Below, piece after piece: positions 19,778-22,758 of a DNA stretch of 22,758 nucleotides (positions within the stretch are counted from its first letter, which is position 1; the number at the start of each line of letters is the position of its first letter). Below the pieces are notes generated by a model that searched no databases, was not told the origin of the DNA, and saw nothing but the letters and a program-made list of their open reading frames with translations. Location of the stretch: positions 1 through 22,758 of the forward strand of contig BAAFSQ010000159.1 in assembly GCA_054661495.1 (NCBI GenBank). The letters are read 5' to 3'. Position numbers and translations under genes: made by a program. Source of the DNA: Zygophlyctis sp. KS116 (lineage: Eukaryota > Fungi > Chytridiomycota).

Positions 19778-21198
19778 ATGATCATTCATAATTGGCAAAG
19801 ATCTATTCAAGAATGTTTAGATATAATTTCTAAATCTACTCATAATGCATTCACTCATGTTAATAAAATTACATTGAAAGACTCTGGGAAATTGAAGAAT
19901 CTGCCGATTGCAATCAAGGCTAATATTTGTACGAGCGATCTTCCGACAACTTGTGCTTCAGCAGCATTAAGCGGTAATAATGTTATTATTAAAGAAAGAC
20001 TTTATTCCAAGAGAAGATGCTCGAGTGGTACAGAGACTCCGGAAAGAGGGTGCATTCATCATTGGAAAGACTAATATGGACGAATTTGGAATGGGATCAT
20101 CAAGTGTTTTTTCGGTACATGGACCAGTCAGGAATCCTGTTTATAATGATGAGCAAAGAGTTGCTGGTGGTTCTTCAGGAGGTTCTGCGGCTGCAGTTGC
20201 AATGGGTGCATGTTTTGCATCAATAGGTTCAGATACAGGAGGAAGCATTAGATTGCCGGCCTCTTATTGTAAAGTTGTTGGGTTTAAACCGTCTTATGGT
20301 GCGATTCCTAGGACTGGACTGGTTGCGTATGCAAGTTCTTTAGATACAGTCGGAATTATTGCAAATGAAGTGGATCATGTTCAGGCTGTATTTGGTAAAT
20401 TCTACTAGTTTAAAGTCGGTAGATATTGTAAAAGGGAAATCAAGGTGTGATCTGACCTCACGGGATCTAAAAGACTATGATTTGCCTCAAAAATTAAAGA
20501 TTGGAGTTCCCTCAGAATACTATATTGAAGGGATTTCAGATGTAGTTCTTGAGGCTTGGAGTAATGCATTGTATTCACTAGAAGAAATAAATGCACAAGT
20601 AAAACCCGTATCATTGCCTCATACAGATCTAGCGCTTTCATGTTATTATACTATAGCTCTTGCAGAAGCCTCTTCTAATTTGGCACGATATGATGGTCTA
20701 AGATTTGGTATTTATCTATTTTAATGAATAAAGGGACTAAATTTGATAATGTATCAAGTATAACAGATTATAGAAATCAATGTTTTGGAACAGAAGTCAA
20801 AAAAAGAATACTGTTGGGTACTTTTATACTACAAGCAGAGTAATGTTTTTAAATTATTAATTTGAAGTGAATACCAATCATATTTTCTAAAAGCTCAGAA
20901 AGTCCGAAGATTGATTGAAAATGATTTTGCAAAAATTTATCAAGGGGAGAAAGTAGATGCTATTATCACTCCTGTGTCTGCCAATAATATCCCACCTTTA
21001 CTTGATCAGTCGATTTCATCACGAAATGATGATTATGTAAATGATATAATGACAGTTCCTAGTAGTCTTGCTGGATTACCATCAATAGTAATCCCATTTG
21101 GACCTGAAAAGGTTGGGATACAAATTATTGGAGCCGCTGGAAAAGATCATCTGGTTCTAAAGTTGGGCAAATTACTGGAAAAAATAAATCAATATTAA
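19778..21198 (+). CDS. QRSL1: Glutamyl-tRNA(Gln) amidotransferase subunit A (mitochondrial GatA, QRSL1/HER2), 5 exons
   Basis: Amidase signature GKTNMDEFGMGS, GGSSGGSAAAVA and GSDTGGSIRLPASYC, plus GatA-specific EASSNLARYDGLRFG and FGTEVKKRILLGTF. Frame-restoring introns at 19974-19998, 20395-20422, 20708-20733 and 20840-20867. Confidence 0.93.
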
Positions 21199-21259
21199 TA
21201 ATTAGTACGGGTGTACGATTTTCGCGCGTATTGAGAAATCTCCTAGGCTAATCGCTGTG

Positions 21260-21877
21260 ATGAAGCATCCGCCGCCAAATGCAGAGTTAATTCAAGTAAA
21301 GGAATTCAAAGAATTTTTGCCATTTCTCTTTAGTCTCGGCGATGAAAGACATGTAAGGTTTACAAAGAATACTTTTGAAGAGCATTTCCCATTTGCAAAC
21401 CACATTTGGGTCCAGGAAAGAGGCTGTTCAGATCGACAAGTTCCAAAATATGGTACTTATAGGCAATATATATGCCGATGGTCAAATCAGAAGAAAAAAG
21501 AATACAAAAAGAAGACGAATAACATAACCAAATGTTACAAGGAGGGTGTTTGTGATGCGAGGTTGACCATAAAGTATTATGAAGCAGAACAAGAGTATGA
21601 AATTTATCATACAAAGGGAAAGCATCAACATTCACACTCGATTGAGGAGTCTCATGCACGGAAAGTTTGTACTGGAATTTTGCAACAGGTACATGATCAA
21701 TCTGCATTGGGTTACAAATCTGAACAAGTTCATAAAATGGTCTTAAGAATGAATGAGAATACTTATGGTGATCAATGCAAGTATTTAAATATAAACCATG
21801 CCCTTTCATCGAGACAGAGAAACTTTACCTCTAAGCAGGAGTCTGACCGACCGAAAGATGATATACAAAATTTATGA
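21260..21877 (+). CDS. WRKY/GCM1-FAR1-like zinc-finger protein resembling a MULE transposase N-terminus, no DDE domain
   Basis: YICRW...CDARLTIK...YEI...HSH spacing (C..C..HxH). Intact 205-aa ORF that ends before any catalytic domain. Confidence 0.65.
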   Translation: MKHPPPNAELIQVKEFKEFLPFLFSLGDERHVRFTKNTFEEHFPFANHIWVQERGCSDRQVPKYGTYRQYICRWSNQKKKEYKKKTNNITKCYKEGVCDARLTIKYYEAEQEYEIYHTKGKHQHSHSIEESHARKVCTGILQQVHDQSALGYKSEQVHKMVLRMNENTYGDQCKYLNINHALSSRQRNFTSKQESDRPKDDIQNL

Positions 21878-21950
21878 ATAGTACTGGAAAACTTTCTAAA
21901 TCAAAGTAAAAATTTTCCCATTTTTGACATTCTTGGTTTTCATCTATTCA

Positions 21951-22442
21951 ATGTTGTTCAACATCTGGTTGATCTTTCTCTTTAATGCGTTGATTGCCAA
22001 CTCTGCTCCTCATAATAAATTCCTCCTTGACTCAAACAATTCATCATCATCATCAATGGATGTCTACAATTCAAAATATCAACGAACCAACAGTTTGGAC
22101 ATTAAAAGCATTGGGTCCGAATTACATCAGAACCTGGATAATCAAGTACAAGATTGTGCATCAAAGCATCGTCTATTCTTTTGGTTTTTATCATTGATAA
22201 CATCAGATATTTTTGCAACTGTTGTAATTTCCAATATTTTTGTGTTGATAATGTTTCACTTCCCAGAACTCTTGCAATTGATGACCAGATCTGGTAAATT
22301 TTTTCTATTGTTTGATATGATTCTGGGATTTATCGTCTCTAATGTTGGGTATAAACTTGTCACTGACTGGAAATTCAGCATTCCTTGGATCGTCATAACT
22401 AATTTAATGGCAGTGATTTATATTCATACGAAAATTATTTAG
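21951..22442 (+). CDS. Hypothetical membrane protein with signal peptide and about 3-4 hydrophobic segments (163 aa)
   Basis: N-terminal MLFNIWLIFLFNALIANSA, a polar Ser/Asn linker, then several hydrophobic stretches. Confidence 0.6.
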   Translation: MLFNIWLIFLFNALIANSAPHNKFLLDSNNSSSSSMDVYNSKYQRTNSLDIKSIGSELHQNLDNQVQDCASKHRLFFWFLSLITSDIFATVVISNIFVLIMFHFPELLQLMTRSGKFFLLFDMILGFIVSNVGYKLVTDWKFSIPWIVITNLMAVIYIHTKII

Positions 22443-22695
22443 ATTGCTTAAGGCAAGATATATTCTCGGGTCAAAAATTTACGCTGATAATACAGCCATG
22501 TATACGGATAAATCTAGTCATTCTGATGAACAATGACAAGACTAGAAAGTTATGGAAATTTCTATTGATACCCACCAGCTGCAAATTGCTGCAGATCTTT
22601 GGTCAACACTTGAAAGTTTTCCCTTTTTTGCCCTTAAAAAGATAAATTTTTGTTGCAATTTTTTAGGTCGGGCGACGTTTTCCTTGCGTAAAAAA

Positions 22696-22758
22696 ATGAT
22701 TGTCTATCTCTGGTTGAGTCTTTTACCTGCTGCATTAAGTGCTGTTGTTGCTCAGAAA
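22696..22758 (+). CDS. 5' end of a probable secreted protein (runs off the right edge)
   Basis: ATG preceded by an A-run. MIVYLWLSLLPAALSAVVAQK looks like a signal peptide, and the frame is open to the window end. Confidence 0.4.
   Translation, partial: MIVYLWLSLLPAALSAVVAQK

Noticed and set aside
17397-21809. Antisense or alternate-frame ORFs 17397-17687, 20017-20226, 20405-20641 and 21360-21809
   Set aside because: They overlap better-supported genes and have no independent evidence.

Overview
AT-rich eukaryotic DNA, most likely from an early-diverging flagellated fungus or fungal relative. This is inferred from TBC1D19, a GatA/QRSL1 gene and 24-31 nt spliceosomal introns. The window has two halves. 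Bases 1 to ~16,000 are a nest of transposons. A young Ty3/gypsy chromovirus (1835-6790, identical 266-bp LTRs, CTGTG TSD) sits in the protease motif of a decayed Ty1/copia. Several other copia LTR/PBS pieces carry a half-tRNA-Ile(IAU)-type PBS and non-CA LTR ends. A TA-flanked MITE lies inside a copia RT, and a hAT element (8-bp TSD) lies inside a pogo transposase. There is also a second, truncated hAT and possible PIF1 and KDZ remnants. Bases ~17,300-22,758 are very compact host genes: an orphan ORF whose stop codon overlaps the TBC1D19 stop, TBC1D19 (7 tiny introns), divergent GatA (4 tiny introns), a MULE-type zinc-finger ORF, a membrane protein and the start of a probable secreted protein. 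The best leads are a 28-bp AGGT-containing tandem triplication in the hAT transposase that forms host-sized GT..AG introns restoring the reading frame, and the copia family with a half-tRNA-Ile PBS, TG..CT/TA termini and a conserved antisense splice-donor motif. All coordinates and splice models were derived by hand.
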